Below, one piece after another: positions 14,331-27,284 of a DNA stretch of 64,000 nucleotides. Each line of letters starts with the position of its first letter. The stretch's first letter is position 1. The notes below the pieces were generated by a model. That model searched no databases. It was not told where the DNA came from and was given only the letters and a program-made list of their open reading frames with translations. The position numbers and the translations under genes are program-made. The stretch comes from Chiloscyllium plagiosum (lineage: Eukaryota), in NCBI RefSeq assembly GCF_004010195.1, contig NC_057734.1, positions 45,147,605 to 45,211,604 of the forward strand. The letters run 5' to 3'.

Positions 14331-16868
14331 GTTGAAATTATTAATGGCTACGTGTATGATTGGAGAAAGTGAAATTTCTTGACATGCTGGTGTAAAACAT
14401 CACCTAAATAATGAAAATTTGTTGACCTGGATTTTGCAACCAGCAGGGAATATTTGCCATTCATGACTCTACAGCACATGCAAAGACCTTTTGCAAACGT
14501 TTGGTTGTGAGTCCAACATAGCACAAGGGTTCAATGAGGATTTATTACATGTTCTGAGCAAGAAAGAACACGTTGTGTCTCTTCATTCAATCAAAGTGAA
14601 GATCCCCACTGAGATGCAGGTTGGATTTTCTTTTACTCACAAATGGGTCTCAAAGTGAACCTCGTGGAGTTAACTTAATTAAGAATCCACCTACATGATC
14701 AGAGGCCATTTAAGGATTGGATGATGGTCCAAAGCTTAACTGAGTGTGAGGTATTGAACAAGATATCAGTAGCACTCACTGTGGCTTCCCTGGGAGTTAT
14801 GGGTTGCTCATGTGCAGATGTGAAAAAGGAATAAGATAATAGACAAGAATTGGCTTGATTTATGAACACGTCTATTAAAGTAAGTTGGAAGCATTGAGGA
14901 CCTGGAATTACATTTTCTTACAAACTGTGAAAGACCAATCAACTAGTCAAGGGAAACAATCATTCTGCAGCTACCTTTGCAAACCTTGCAGGAATGTTGT
15001 AAATATGAATGAGATCGTCTTTCAGTTCTCTTAATGTCTAGAGGATAAAGGTCCAATGTATTTAATCTTCTGTTATGGGCGATCCCTCCATCCCAGTAAT
15101 TAGATTATACTCAAAGATGGCAGTGCAGACCTGGTTGGTAGAGTTTGGGCTTCTGTTCCCATTCGCTCCAGACCATGTGCAGCCTTCTCTTTCTTTCCTT
15201 TCTTGTATTTTTCTTTTTCTTCTTTTCTTCATCTTCTGATGCTGTGGGGAGCCGGAGTTGTGCTTGGTGGGTCATCGGCTGTGGAGGTGGAAGTGCCGAG
15301 AGAGAGTACTATTGGCTAAGGTAGGCCTGAAACACAGACTCGGTGAGTCCTCATCAGCGGTGGTGGTGCCTGGAGCGGTTTGTTCTGAAATGTGGGGACT
15401 CCTTAAGGCCCGGAACATCTTGCAGAGCCCTTGCAAAAGCTCTGGAGCTGTCTTTGAACACCCCTTGTACAGAAGATTAACTCTATTTATGTAATTTTAA
15501 AAAAAATTATTTTTGTAATTCAAACTGGCACCAGATTGTCACAACAAAACACATTTTAATGTATCTTTCTAGATATATGTGACAATAAATAACTCATATT
15601 TAGTTGGTGAACATTCATTGTAATTTCTTCAAGGCAAATATAACTTTGTGCAGGCAAGGAGACCAAATCACACACCTAGTCTCACCGAGACTCTATATAA
15701 TTGAGGCAAGATAACTTTCTTCTTTTACTCAAATTGCCATGAAAAATGCCATACTTCCATTTGCTTCTTAGTTGTTTGCTATATGTACATATTAACTTTT
15801 AAGAAATTATTAAGATGGACACTAATTTCTTTAAAGTTCATGACTTCCCAGCTTCTCACCATTTAGGAATTAATTTGTATTTGTTTTTCCTGCCAAATTG
15901 GACAATGCCACTTTTCTTCACACTGCCTTCCATCTGCCAATATTTACCCACTCACATAGTCTCTCCAAATTGCTTTAAAGTATCTTTAAATTCTCCATTA
16001 CAACATGCATTTCTACCTAGTTTTGGGTCATCTGCACAGGTAGAAATGTTAGATTTGATTCCTATGCCCAAATAAATGATCTATATATTGATCATAATTG
16101 ATCAAGTGCACTGATCCTTGTGATACACCACTAGTCATAGACTGCCAACCCAAAAATCACCCTTTTATCCTTACTTTTGTATTCCTAAAGTTAGACCATC
16201 CTCAATCCAACAGTATATTCCCCCAATCTCATATACTCTAATTTTGTTTACTAACATCTTGTATGGCATCTTACCAAAAGCTTTCTGAAAAACTAAGTAC
16301 ATCATGTCCCCTTATCTATTCAGTTAGTGACCCCTAAAAAACCCTAGCTGGTGGTTAAAAATGTTTCCTTTTGTAAATCTGCATTGTCTCTGCTCATTTC
16401 TGCTATTATTGTCTAAATAGCCAAAGATCACATAATTTATTATCAATTCTATCATGACCCCTTTGACTAATATTGGATTAACAGGCCTGCAGTTCCTCGT
16501 TTTGTCTCTTCATCCTGTTTCAGTAGTTGGGTTACATTTACCACCTCCATATCTACAGGAACCATTATAAAATTTTGAAAGAATTTTACTGACGTTGCCC
16601 ATTTGCCTTAGTAAGTTTACCCCTTAATAAAAAAAACTCCAAACCAGATTATTAAGGGCAAATCGTTCAGGGTTAATTAGACATGACAATGAACAACTGT
16701 ACGAAATGGAAAATTACATGGAAAGTAGGCCTAGTGCAAAAGCAGTCTGTTTTGGCTGGAAGGTAACTACACTAACCTTGATTTGGAGATGCTGGTGTTG
16801 GACTGGGGTGTACAAAGTTAAAAATCACACAACACCAGGTTATAGTCCAACAGGTTTAATTGGAAGCA

Positions 16869-16903
16869 CACTAGCTTTCGGAGTGACGCTCTGTCATCAG
16901 GTG
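16869..16903 (-). ncRNA. Minimal type I hammerhead ribozyme motif, left PLE arm, stem II imperfect
   Basis: Minus strand: CAC-CTGATGA-C-AGAGCGTCACTCC-GAAA-GCTA-GTG. Confidence 0.55.
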
Positions 16904-18898
16904 ATTTTGGAGGGCTCAATCGTAACATAGAATTTATAGCAAAAATTTACAGTGTGATGTAACTGAAATTATACATTGAAAAATTGATTGTCTGTTAAGC
17001 CTTGCATCTGTTAGAATATAGTGATAGTTTCACTTCTTTCGTGTGTAAATCACAAAACCTTTTTTAAAAAAAGTTGCATTCTCGGGTTAGCTGTTAACAA
17101 TGGTGATAGCTCGACAATATGTTGAAGGTGTTAGCCCCCTGTGTTCTTTGTTTATGCCATGATGTTTAGATTGATTCTAATCTAAAAAGAGAGATAACAG
17201 AGTTTTACATAAGTTCATGCAGTTTTTGAGCTCAGAGTTCTACATGAATGCATGCAGTTTTTGAGCAAAGTACAATGTAACCCTGCAAGCACAAATTTAG
17301 CCCACAAAATATATGTGTGCATGTGGGTCTTTGTCTGTGTGTGTGTGTGTCTGTCTGTCTGGGTTGGGGGTTGTGAGTGTGAGAAAGTGTATGTGTGTGT
17401 GTGTAGTGAGTGCAGAGTGTCTTAAGTCTGTGAGGGGGTGCATGTGTGAGTGTGGGAGTGTGTGTGTCTGTAAGGGTGTGTGTGGGTGTCTGTGGGCACG
17501 TCTGTGTGTATGTGAGAGTGTGTGTGTGTTCCTTCTCATCTGTTCAGATGAGGAGGAATGTGACGGACACCTGGAAGTACTCAAGGATGCCTTCACAAGA
17601 ACGGGGTATGATGCTCAATTCATTGACCGCCAGTTCCGACGTGCCACAGCAAGGAACTGTAATGACCTCTTCAGGAGACAGACACGTGCTGCAACCGACA
17701 GGGTACCCTTCATTGTTCAGTACTTCCCAGGAGCTGAAAAATTACGCCATGTTCTTCGTGACCTGCAACACATTATCAATGAGGATAAGCACCTCACCAA
17801 GACCTTCCCCACACCTCCACTACTTGCCTTTAAACAACCGCCAAACCTCAAACAGATCATTGTTCGTAGCAAGCTGCCTGGCTCTCAGGACAACTCCATA
17901 CAACCCTGTCACGGTGGACGCTGCAAGACGTGTCAGATTGTGGACATAGATACCACCATTACACGTGGGGACACCTCCCACCTTGTACATGGCAGGTACT
18001 CATGTGACTCAGCCAACATTGTCTACCTTATTTATTGCAGGCAAGGTTGCCCGGAGGCATGGTAAATTGGGGAAACTGAGCAAAGGCTATGACAACGGAT
18101 GAATGGGCACCGCACAACAATCAACAGACAGGAGTGTTCCCTCCCAGTTGGGGAACACTTCAGTGGTCCAGGATATTCAGCCTCGGACCTTTGGGTGACC
18201 ATCCTCCAAGGCGGACTTCGGGACAGGCAGCAGCGAAAAGTGGCCGAGCAGAGGCTGATAGCTAAGTTCGGTACCCATAGAGAGGGCCTCAACCGGGACC
18301 TTGGATTCACGTCACATTACAGGTGACCACCATTGCACTATACACACACACAGATACTCCAACACACACATACTCTCACATACATACGGACACACATAGA
18401 CACAGACGCGCCCACAGACACCCACACACATCCTAACAGACACATACACTCCCACACTCACACATGCACCCCCTCACAAACTTAAGACACTCTGCACTCA
18501 CTACACACACACACATACACTTTCTCACACTCACAACTCCCAACCCAGACAGACACACACATACACACAGACAAAGACCCACATGCACACATATATTTTG
18601 TGGGCTAAATTTGTACTTTCAGGGTTACATTGTACTTTGCTCAATAACTGCATGCATTCATGTAGAACTCTGTTATCTCTCTTTTTAGATTAGAATCAAT
18701 CTAAACATCATGGCATAGACAGAGAACACACGGGGGGCAACACCTTCAACATATTGTCCAGCTATCACCATTGTTAACAGCTAACCCGAGAATGCAACTT
18801 TTTTTAAAAAAGGTTTTGTGATTTACACACGAAAGAAGTGAAACTATCACTGTATTCTAACAGATGAAAGGCTTAACTGATAATCAATTTTTCAATGT

Positions 18899-19210
18899 GT
18901 GGGCGGCACGGTGGCACAGTGGTTAGCACTGCTGCCTCGCAGCGCCAGAGACCCGGGTTCAGTTCCCGACTCAGGCGACTGACTGTGTGGAGTTTGCACG
19001 TTCTCCCCGTGTCTGCGTGGGTTTCCTCCGGGTGCTCCGGTTTCCTCCCACAGTCCAAAGATGTGCAGGGTCAGGTGAATTGGCCATACTAAATTGCCCG
19101 TGGTGTTAGGTAAGGGGTAAATGTAGGGGTATGGGTGGGTTTCGCTTCGGCGGGTCGGTGTGGACTTGTTGGGCCGAAGGGCCTGTTTCCACACTGTAAT
19201 CTAATCTAAT
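18899..19210 (+). mobile_element. tRNA-derived V-SINE (HE1-like elasmobranch SINE)
   Basis: A box TGGCACAGTGG, B box GGTTCAGTTCC, V-domain (GTGGAGTTTGCACGTTCTCCCCGTG...), CR1-like 3' tail ending (TAATC)n. TSD TCAATGT at 18892-18898 and 19210-19216. Absent from the homologous left arm of the host PLE. Confidence 0.92.
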
Positions 19211-19285
19211 CAATGTATAATTTCAGTTACATCACATTGTAAATTTTTGCTATAAATTCTATGTTACGATTGAGCCCTCCACAAT

Positions 19286-19320
19286 CACCTGATGAAGGAG
19301 CGTCGCTCCGAAAGCTCGTG
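19286..19320 (+). ncRNA. Minimal type I hammerhead ribozyme motif, right PLE arm
   Basis: CAC-CTGATGA-A-GGAGC(GTC)GCTCC-GAAA-GCTC-GTG: complete catalytic core, 5-bp stem II, palindromic AGCT stem III, CAC/GTG stem I. Confidence 0.75.
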
Positions 19321-22315
19321 TGCTTCCAATTAAACCTGTTGGACTATAACCTGGTGTTGTGTGATTTTTAACTTTGTACACTAACCTTGTTGGATGGGAA
19401 ACAGTCTATTGTGCAGTTAACACAAACACAACCTTAAGTTCTTTCCTATACAACAGAATGCCTGGGAAAGTACTGAAAGTACTATGAAATGGTGATACAA
19501 CATGCAACATTAGATTCGGAACAGTATTAATATCAGGGACTTTGCCCCACTCTTTGGTCTTTCACCATTAGCCTGGGGTTCTTGAGACCAGTGCCATAGA
19601 AACTGGTAGAGCTCCTAGTGCTATTGCCACCAGTCCCCGTTGAGCTGGAAAGCCATGAGACTCATTAGTTTGCAGATGTATAAAATAGTTTAAGCTCGTT
19701 GATTTGCTCATTAGTTTGTTTATATATTAAGTAGATTAAGCTTATAAATTTGCTATGTATTGAAGTGCAGGTCTTTTTTAAATTCATTTTGATCAGACTT
19801 TAGAAAACCGTTAGATTCTGTCAGCCTCACAACACACCCTTCACATTTTCAAGAGTTCCTCTGGCTTGATTTAAGATTCTAGTTTCTGTTTGAACACCTC
19901 ATTCACAAACTTAATGCAAAACTCTGTCTTATTGTGGTCACTCTGTTTAAAATCTCCTTTAGAACAAGATTGTTACCTTCATTGCCATCTAGATCTATTG
20001 CCTTGCCATTTTCATTCAATGTACACAATTACCATGATTATTCTCCATCTATTGAGTTTTAAGCTCTGAATGCATTCAATACATTTTCTCTAATCTTATG
20101 TATGCTATATTACATGTCTTAGGTAATACCCAGAGATTATGACCTTTGGGGTTCTGTTTTGTAATTTCGTGCCTGGATCATCATCCCGCTTATGGAGAAC
20201 CTCTTATCCAGTCTTACCTGAGTCTTTGGCACTTATATGACCAATGACAAAAGGACTCTCCCCCTCCCACTGTAGGTTTTCTCCAGTTATCAAATTTCTC
20301 AACTGATGAATCAGTACTTCTCCTTGGTGAACGTCACTTGTAAAGAACATTCTGTGCAGCAGAAATGTAGATTCTTGTAGACGAGATTGGCATATCTTTG
20401 TGCGTCGTGAAGAATGGATCAGCAATGTCACCTCTGTTTGCCATGACCCAAAGAACATAGTTGTAGAATGGGTAGTTGTCGGAGAATCGTCCAATTACAA
20501 ATTGAGGCCGCACACAAATCTTGTGAAACTGACGAATACTGGTTTATTTCTCACGATATAGTGGGGAAAAGAAATTGACAGGACTGGTTGAGAACGGACA
20601 CTCTACACAGTTAAGTCAAGGATTTTCTTCCCCGAGCTGCAGATACAGACAGCTTTTGTACTGTTTTTGTAGTGTGTTAGTTACAAGACAATATGAACTA
20701 AATTACATTCAATGGAAAACTATCAGTTGTCCGGTAATAGCAATCAGGTAATAATTAAAGCAGGAGGTTCCGTTCCTCTGCTCGAGCAGGTGCCAAAGTC
20801 CAGTATCCTGGTTACAATGGGTCTGCAGGGTGTGTGCATTCTTGTCAGGTATCTGGGTGCCACCCAGTCTCGGGTAGGCTTTGTGGGACTTCAGTACCTG
20901 AGGAGACTAGGAATTCCCTCGAGATTGCAGGAGCGGTGATGGTATTGTGAGGTAGTGAGTCTGTTATCAGAACATCTCAGGAGTGTACTCCTTCAGCTTG
21001 GAAGCTGGTTAGGTGATGCCTTGTTTTGCCGTTTAGTCCCTGAGCTGGTTGTGGTCAAGTTGAGGTCTTATGGGTATGCTCTGTTTAGCTAAGAACAGAC
21101 ATGGCTTCTGTGAACAAGTGGGCAAGCAGAGTGGTTTATTTTTCTCCCACAGTAGTGATAGCACAAATGGATGGGAAACCTTTTATCTGACTGCACTTCA
21201 TATCTTGCATGCATGCTTGGTGGCATAGGCAATCAAGTGTTTTAAGTGCTTTTAATCTATAAAGCTGTAATGAGTTCTGGGGTTAAGAGGTCCTAGTGAA
21301 ACCCAAATTGTGCATACTTGACCAAATTATAAGTAAATGGGTCAGACGTGACATTGCCAATTACTGACACCTGGGTTGGGATTGGGGTGAGTGATTATCT
21401 TATAAGGGAAGCTGGGCGGGCTGGGCTTTATCCGTTGGACTTTAGAAGAATGAAAAGTGATCTTTTGAAACTTATATATTCCTGAGGGGACTTAACAAGG
21501 TGGATTTTTATCCTTTTGGAAGAAACTGAAACAAGACATTTAAAAATAATGAGTCTCCCAGTTAAAGCAGAGATGAGTAGTTGGAACTCTTTTCTGCAAA
21601 GAGTGCTTTAAGCCATGTAATTGAATGTTTTAAGGCAGAGATGAATAGACTCTTGACTAAAAAAAAAGAATGGCTATCTGAGAAAGTTAGGAACGTAGAA
21701 TTGAGAGCATAGTCCACTGAAAAACAGGGCTGGCCTAAGGAGTTGATTCTAATTTGTAAGTTCATGTGACAGAATTAATAACTTCCATGCTGAGTTCTTT
21801 GTTTACTGTTAGGAAATATTATGTTCTGTTTTTGTGGTGCTGGGTGTGGTGCAGGGTTGGAAATTTTCTTCATTGTTGTGTAGATGGCACTGTTACAATG
21901 TACTGGAGCAGCTTGACAAGAGCCCAGCTAGATCTGGAGAATATTTCTTCAACATTAATACTATGCAGGTACTGCAAGCAATTGGGATGGCAATGAAAGT
22001 TTGACTTTTATACTAAAGGGACAAAGAACACTTGTTACACTTTAAGAGGTTACAGTGAGACCACGTTGGTATTATTGCTTGCAGGTTGCCCTGCTCACCA
22101 AAAAGCATTGGAGGCAGTGCAGCCAAGGTTCACCAGATTGGTTCCTGGGATGAGTTGATTGAGCAAATTGGGTCTATTTTCTCTGACGTTTTAATGGGAA
22201 AAGTACAAAATTCTGAAGGGTAGTTGTAGGAAGAATGCTGCAAGTTTGTTTCCAGTGATGTGGGGGTCTAAAATGCAGGACTAGTCTCAGGATAAGGGGC
22301 CAATCATTTAGAAGA

Positions 22316-22925
22316 AAGTGAGGACTGCAGATGCTGGAGATCAGAGTGAAAACGTGTGGCACTGGAAAAACACAGCAGGTCAGGCAGCATCCGAGGAGCA
22401 GGACAGTCAATGTTTGGGGCATAAGCCTTTTATGGGGAATGTGGGAGGTGGGAGGGCAAGGTGTCTGAGAGATAAGTGGGATGGGTGGGGCTGGAGAGAA
22501 GGTAACTTGGAAGATGATAGGTAGATGAAGGTGGGGTAATGGTGATAGATCAGAGCAGAGGGTGGAGCGGATAGGTGGAAACGAAGATGGACTGTTCAAG
22601 AGGGCGTTGCCAAGTTCATGGATTGGATCTGGGATAAGGTGGAAGGAGGGGAGAGGAGGGAGCTGGTGAAATTGACATTGATCTCGTGTGGTTGGAGGGT
22701 CCCAAGGTGGAAGATGAGGTGTTCCTCCTCCAGGTGTGAGGTACCTTGGATTTGACAGTGGTGGAGGCCAGGGCTGCCATGTCCTTGGGGGAGTGGGAGG
22801 AAGAGTTGAAGTGGTCGGTCATAGGGCAGTGGGGTTGTTGGGTGTGTGTGTCCTGGAAATGTTACCTGAATCATTCCATAAAGTTGGCGTTCAGTCTCCC
22901 CAGTGTAGAAGAGACCACATCGCCA
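22316..22925 (-). mobile_element. Penelope-like element 3' fragment (GIY-YIG tail + pseudo-LTR)
   Basis: Minus-strand translation contains HFNSSSHS and LEEEHLIFHLGTLQPHEIN (PLE endonuclease C-terminus); shares the family terminal sequence. Confidence 0.75.
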
Positions 22926-23149
22926 ATCATTTCAGATGGAGATGAAGTTAAATTGCTTAACTGTGATTTCTGTGCTCCAAAGGAAATTGGATGTAAATAT
23001 TTCCAAAGTGTTGTATCTGTCACTCACGTGTTGGCTTATGCTGTTAAATGACAGTACCTTCAGGTTGCGCATGACATGAGCCTGGGTCTGATCTGTGGCT
23101 GAAGATCCTGAGCTCTGTCTCAGTGTCATCTGAATCATAGAAACATAGA

Positions 23150-23320
23150 ATCCCTACAGTGTGGAAACATGACCTTCGGCCCAGCAAGTCCTCACCCACC
23201 CTCCAAAGAGTATCCCACCCAGACCTATACCCCTACATTTACCCTGCCTAATTCACCTCACCTACACATCCCTGAACACTGTGGGCAATTTAGCGTGGGC
23301 AATTCACCTAACCTGCACAT
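23150..23320 (-). mobile_element. V-SINE 3' fragment
   Basis: Reverse complement of the 3' half of the SINE at 18899-19210. Confidence 0.7.
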
Positions 23321-23389
23321 CGACATGTGCCTCATGTTTAGATGTTCGTGGGTCTAGGAGGTCAGATCTAACTTTTATTCATGGCTGTT

Positions 23390-24570
23390 ATAGAGTCATA
23401 GAGATGTACAGCACGGAAACAGACCATTCAGTCCAACCCGTCCATGCCGACCAGATATCCCAACCCAATGTAGTCCCACCTGCCAGCACCCAGCCCATAT
23501 CCCTCCAAACCCTTCCTATTCATAGACCCATCCAAATGCCTCTTAAATGTTGCAATTGTACCAGCCTCCACCACTTCCTCTGGCAGCTCACTCCATACAC
23601 GTACAGTCTCTGTGTGAAAAAGATGCCCTTTAGATATCTTTTATATCTTTCCCCTCTCACCCTAAACCTATGCCCTCTAGTTCTGCACTCCCTGACCCCA
23701 GGGGAAAGACTTTGCCTCTTTACCCTATCCATGCCCCTCATAATTTGTAAACCTCTATGAGGCTGTTGATGCTCCCTTATCCTACTTATTGGACCAGGTG
23801 AAGCTAATGCAATGGATATGGCAGGCTGATTTACAGAATATCATAGAGTCATAGTCATATAGATGTACAGCGTGGAAACGGACCCCATTGGTCCAACTTG
23901 TCCATCCTGACCAGATATCCTAAATTACTCTAGTTCCATTTGCCAGCATTTAGTCCATATCCCTCTAAATCTTTCCAATTCATATATCCATCCAGATGTC
24001 TTTCAAATGTTGTAAGTATACCAGCCTCCAATACGTCCTCTTGCAGTTCATTCCATACACTCATCACCCTCTGTGTGAAAAAGGTGCTGCTCAGGTCCCT
24101 TTTAAATCTTTCCCCTCTCTCCCTAAATCCTGTAGTTCTGGACTCCCAAGCCCAAGGAAACAACCTTGTCTATTTATCCTTGCCATGCCCCTCATGATTT
24201 TGTCAACCTTGATAAGGTCATCTCTTACCCTCAGATGCTGCTGAGATAATAGCTCCAGACTATTCAGCCTCTCCTTATAGCTCAAGCCCTCCAACCCTGA
24301 CAACATCCTTGTAAATCTTTTCTGAAAACTTTCAAGTTTCACAACATCCTTCCGATAGGAAGGAGACCAGAATTTCACACAATATTCCATAAGTGGCCTA
24401 ACCAATGTCCTGTACAACTATTATATGACGTCCCAACTCCTTTACTCAATGCACTGACCAATAAAGACAAGACTATCCAGTCTACCTGTGACTCCATTTT
24501 CAAGAAACAATGAGCCAGTACCCCATGGTCTCTTTGTTCAACAACACTCCCCAGGACTTTACCTCACCTA
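23390..24570 (-). mobile_element. Two adjacent CR1 LINE 3' fragments (about 23390-23760 and 23838-24570)
   Basis: ORFs with LVRPLMEYCVKFWSP, TRGHRFRVRG, FFTQRV..WN; (ATAGAGTC)n tails. Confidence 0.85.
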
Positions 24571-24609
24571 AGCCCATGACTTGGGCCCATTTTGGTTTGA
24601 TGGACCCAA

Positions 24610-24840
24610 CACACATTCATGTGCAGAGGTCCTCACACTCCCCATCCGAACCCCCTCCCCACACCTCCACCCCCCCACACACACACTCATATACACATAT
24701 AATCACACAAACACGCACTGGCTCGAAGGGCAGAATGGCCTACATCTATTGTCTATTGTCATTCATATACACACTTTCACATACACGCACTCATACACGC
24801 ACACACAAACTCATTCAAACACACACATACACTCTCCCAA
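24610..24840. repeat. CA-rich low-complexity microsatellite
   Basis: Degenerate (CA)n run. Confidence 0.7.
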
Positions 24841-25844
24841 TTCTGCCGCTTCACACAGTTTTGTCAGGAGAATTTTTGTTTTTAGTCGATTATCAAATAA
24901 TGCAGAAAAGGAGCTTCAGTGCTGTATATCTCCGTCTTCAATTATTCATCATTTTCTTTTTTTAATTACTTCAGTTTCCGCCGTGCGAATGCACGGACAG
25001 CCACATTGCGTTCTGCATAATCAGTCCGATCTGCAAAGTATTGCTCGATCATTTTCCTGTCTCATGTCGTCTCCCCTTTTTTTGACACTTCTTTAAAAAA
25101 TCAACCTATTTATGGATGTTACGACACAAGTATGGAGTAGTGGGACTTAAACCTGGGTCATTTGGCTCAGAGGTAAGGTCACTAGCACCGTTCCAATTGC
25201 TTTAAATCTGTTTACATGTACTCTGGTTAACGATCTTTCTGTCGATGAAACGGTTTCTGCTCATTTACTTTGTTGGAATCTTTCGTGAACGTGGGCATTT
25301 CAAGCAAATGCTTCTTTAATATCTTATTTGTTCTTCAGGGAAATAATCCCAATTACTTATGTTTGTACCAAATTACCATATTTTTTTTCTTGCCACCGTT
25401 CCCGCAAACGTCCTCTGTACCCTCTCTCTGCAACAATGTGATGTGGAGGAGTCGGTGTTGGACTGGGGTGGACAAAATCAAAAATCGCATAACACCAGAT
25501 TACAGTCCAACAGGTTTGTTTAGAAGCAATAACGTGAAGCGCCCAGAATTGCCTGTGATGTTCTGGCTGGGTCCGAGCTTTTGATTTGTAAAGGATTAGA
25601 ATAATTGTCTTGCGTTTGTTCTTCTCATTCCCTACGATCACGCCAAAGATTCCTGGTGCATTTTTTTAAAAAAAAACCTTACTCAAAACTCCCTTCGCTT
25701 TCGAAAACATACGCATGTACATCTTCAGAGCTTTCTGTTCCTGATCGGCCTTAAAGTTATGATCGTTAGCCTAGAAAAACTAATGTTTTCCTTCGCAAAG
25801 GATTGACTTTACAGTCCTCCTGTGTTTTAATTAAGCCGTCTTGT

Positions 25845-26176
25845 TTTTTTTGCACCCCCCCCCCACCTAACTGCGGTAATGCTTATTTTTTCCCCAGCAC
25901 CCATGTTGCGTGCGTACTAGTGCGAGACACAGTGAAAAGACACAAGGTGCACGAATCTTTATTCAATTTCTACCACCAGGAAGAAAAGATACACCCAAGT
26001 GGCCAGTGACAAGCAGTACCCTTCACATCAAAGGGCAATGCTGCGTGATCAAACAGTGATGGGGAGGGCAGGGATTAAATCAAAATAGAGTTGGAGGGGG
26101 AAATAATGCACTCCACTCCCTGCGGCGCCCACCTCTCCCTGAACAGCTCAAGAGTGTTGGTGGACACCGCGTGCTC
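25845..26176 (-). mobile_element. Tx1/L1-type LINE 3' fragment with polyA tail and 14-bp TSD
   Basis: TTAAGCCGTCTTGT at 25831-25844 and 26177-26190. T-run at the left end. Minus strand encodes EHAVSTNTLELFRERWAPQGVECIISPSNSILI*, resembling the C-terminus of Tx1-clade ORF2. Confidence 0.8.
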
Positions 26177-27111
26177 TTAAGCCGTCTTGTATCTGTAATT
26201 GCCAATATCCCTATTATAATGTGAGTTAATTCATTTCCATGCAACATCAAGTTTCACGAAATGTAACGAACTCGAAGATAAATCTGTTTTATACCATTAA
26301 AAACAATACGAACATGAAGTGTAAAACTGTTTAATGAATCTTGCTGCAGTACGTGCTGAAGGAAACATTTATTTTAAGAAAAGCTATCAATTAGATTAGA
26401 CTTTCTCTGGTAACTGTATCTAGCAAAGACGATTCAGATCAACAGTAGTGTGCTTCATGTCTTTGAGTTGTTCACAAAAGTAAGTTAATCGTAAGTTTAT
26501 TTTAAGAATGTACTTGAATTTCATCGATTGGTTTGAATGCGTAAAATCACTGCCTACACGTTGAAATAAAATAAAGAACTGCGGATACCGGCGATTTGAA
26601 GCGAACTGTCACTGGACTCGAAACATTGATTCTGCTGTCTCTTTTCATAGATGCTAACAGATCTACTGAGTTTTTCCAGCAATTTCTGTTTGCGTTTCAG
26701 ATTTCCAGCATACACATTTATTTATTTTATGTTTAATCTGAAGGGTGACTGGATTCGGTGCATTAATTCTGCTCTCTCTCTCCATAGATGCTGAGTTTCT
26801 CCAACAATTTCTGTTTATTTTGAAAAGGTCAGGAACAATGATCAAAGTCTCTTTCTAATGCTTATATCTGATTTGTAGAAAAGGAAAGATCCAAATATAT
26901 ACTCCAGTATATTTGTTAAAACAATAATTTCTTTGTACCGTGTACAAAATGCACGCATTTCTAAAAAGGTACCGCACTTGTTAAAGTATTTTGTGAGTTG
27001 GATCGGCATTACTAACATAAATTCGTTGATAACCGCTGTTAGTATGTCTCGTTTAGAAGTCATGTGACTGGGAGGGCTGAGCATGATTATTCGTGGTCAA
27101 CAGTCAGCTTC

Positions 27112-27156
27112 ATTTGCATAATGAAGAACCATGTCGTGCGGTGTCACCATTAAAAG
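27112..27156 (+). promoter_or_regulatory. IgL-A promoter: octamer ATTTGCAT and TATA-like ATTAAAAG
   Basis: ATTTGCAT at 27112-27119 in light-chain orientation; ATTAAAAG at 27149-27156; ATG at 27236. Confidence 0.9.
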
Positions 27157-27235
27157 CATTGATAAGGCAAAGCGAGACGGGCAAACAATACTTTCCTGTA
27201 ACCTGGCGACGTGTCTGAGCCTCACTCAGATCATC

Positions 27236-27284
27236 ATGTTTCATTGGGAGCGTGTCATCACAACGTTGCTCATCGGCGCAGTCT
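27236..27284 (+). CDS. IgL-A leader exon
   Basis: ATG, 16 codons plus 1 nt, hydrophobic peptide, donor GTAAGT at 27285. Confidence 0.92.

Larger units (their letters stand above)
16781..19380 (+). mobile_element. Penelope-like element, 5'-truncated, with ~720-bp inverted pseudo-LTR arms and a GIY-YIG endonuclease core
   Basis: About 17530-18326 encodes the RT thumb/linker and GIY-YIG (CKTC...YSCDSANIVYLIYC..W*IGET..RMNGHR..VGEHF..EQRLIAKF..GLN). About 16810-17530 is the reverse complement of about 18345-19380. Flanked by the direct repeat TACACTAACCTTG at 16768-16780 and 19377-19389. Confidence 0.92.

Noticed and set aside
17313-17530. Cys/Val-rich N-terminus of the 250-aa ORF 17313-18065
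   Set aside because: Translation of a (GT)n microsatellite in the inverted PLE arm, not a real protein domain.
18901-18970. tRNA gene
   Set aside because: It is the tRNA-derived head of a SINE, followed by V-domain and LINE tail.
20522-21151. Possible solo LTR (TG...CA ends, AATAAA on minus strand)
   Set aside because: No TSD, no second copy and no PBS or PPT in the window; cannot be supported without a repeat library.
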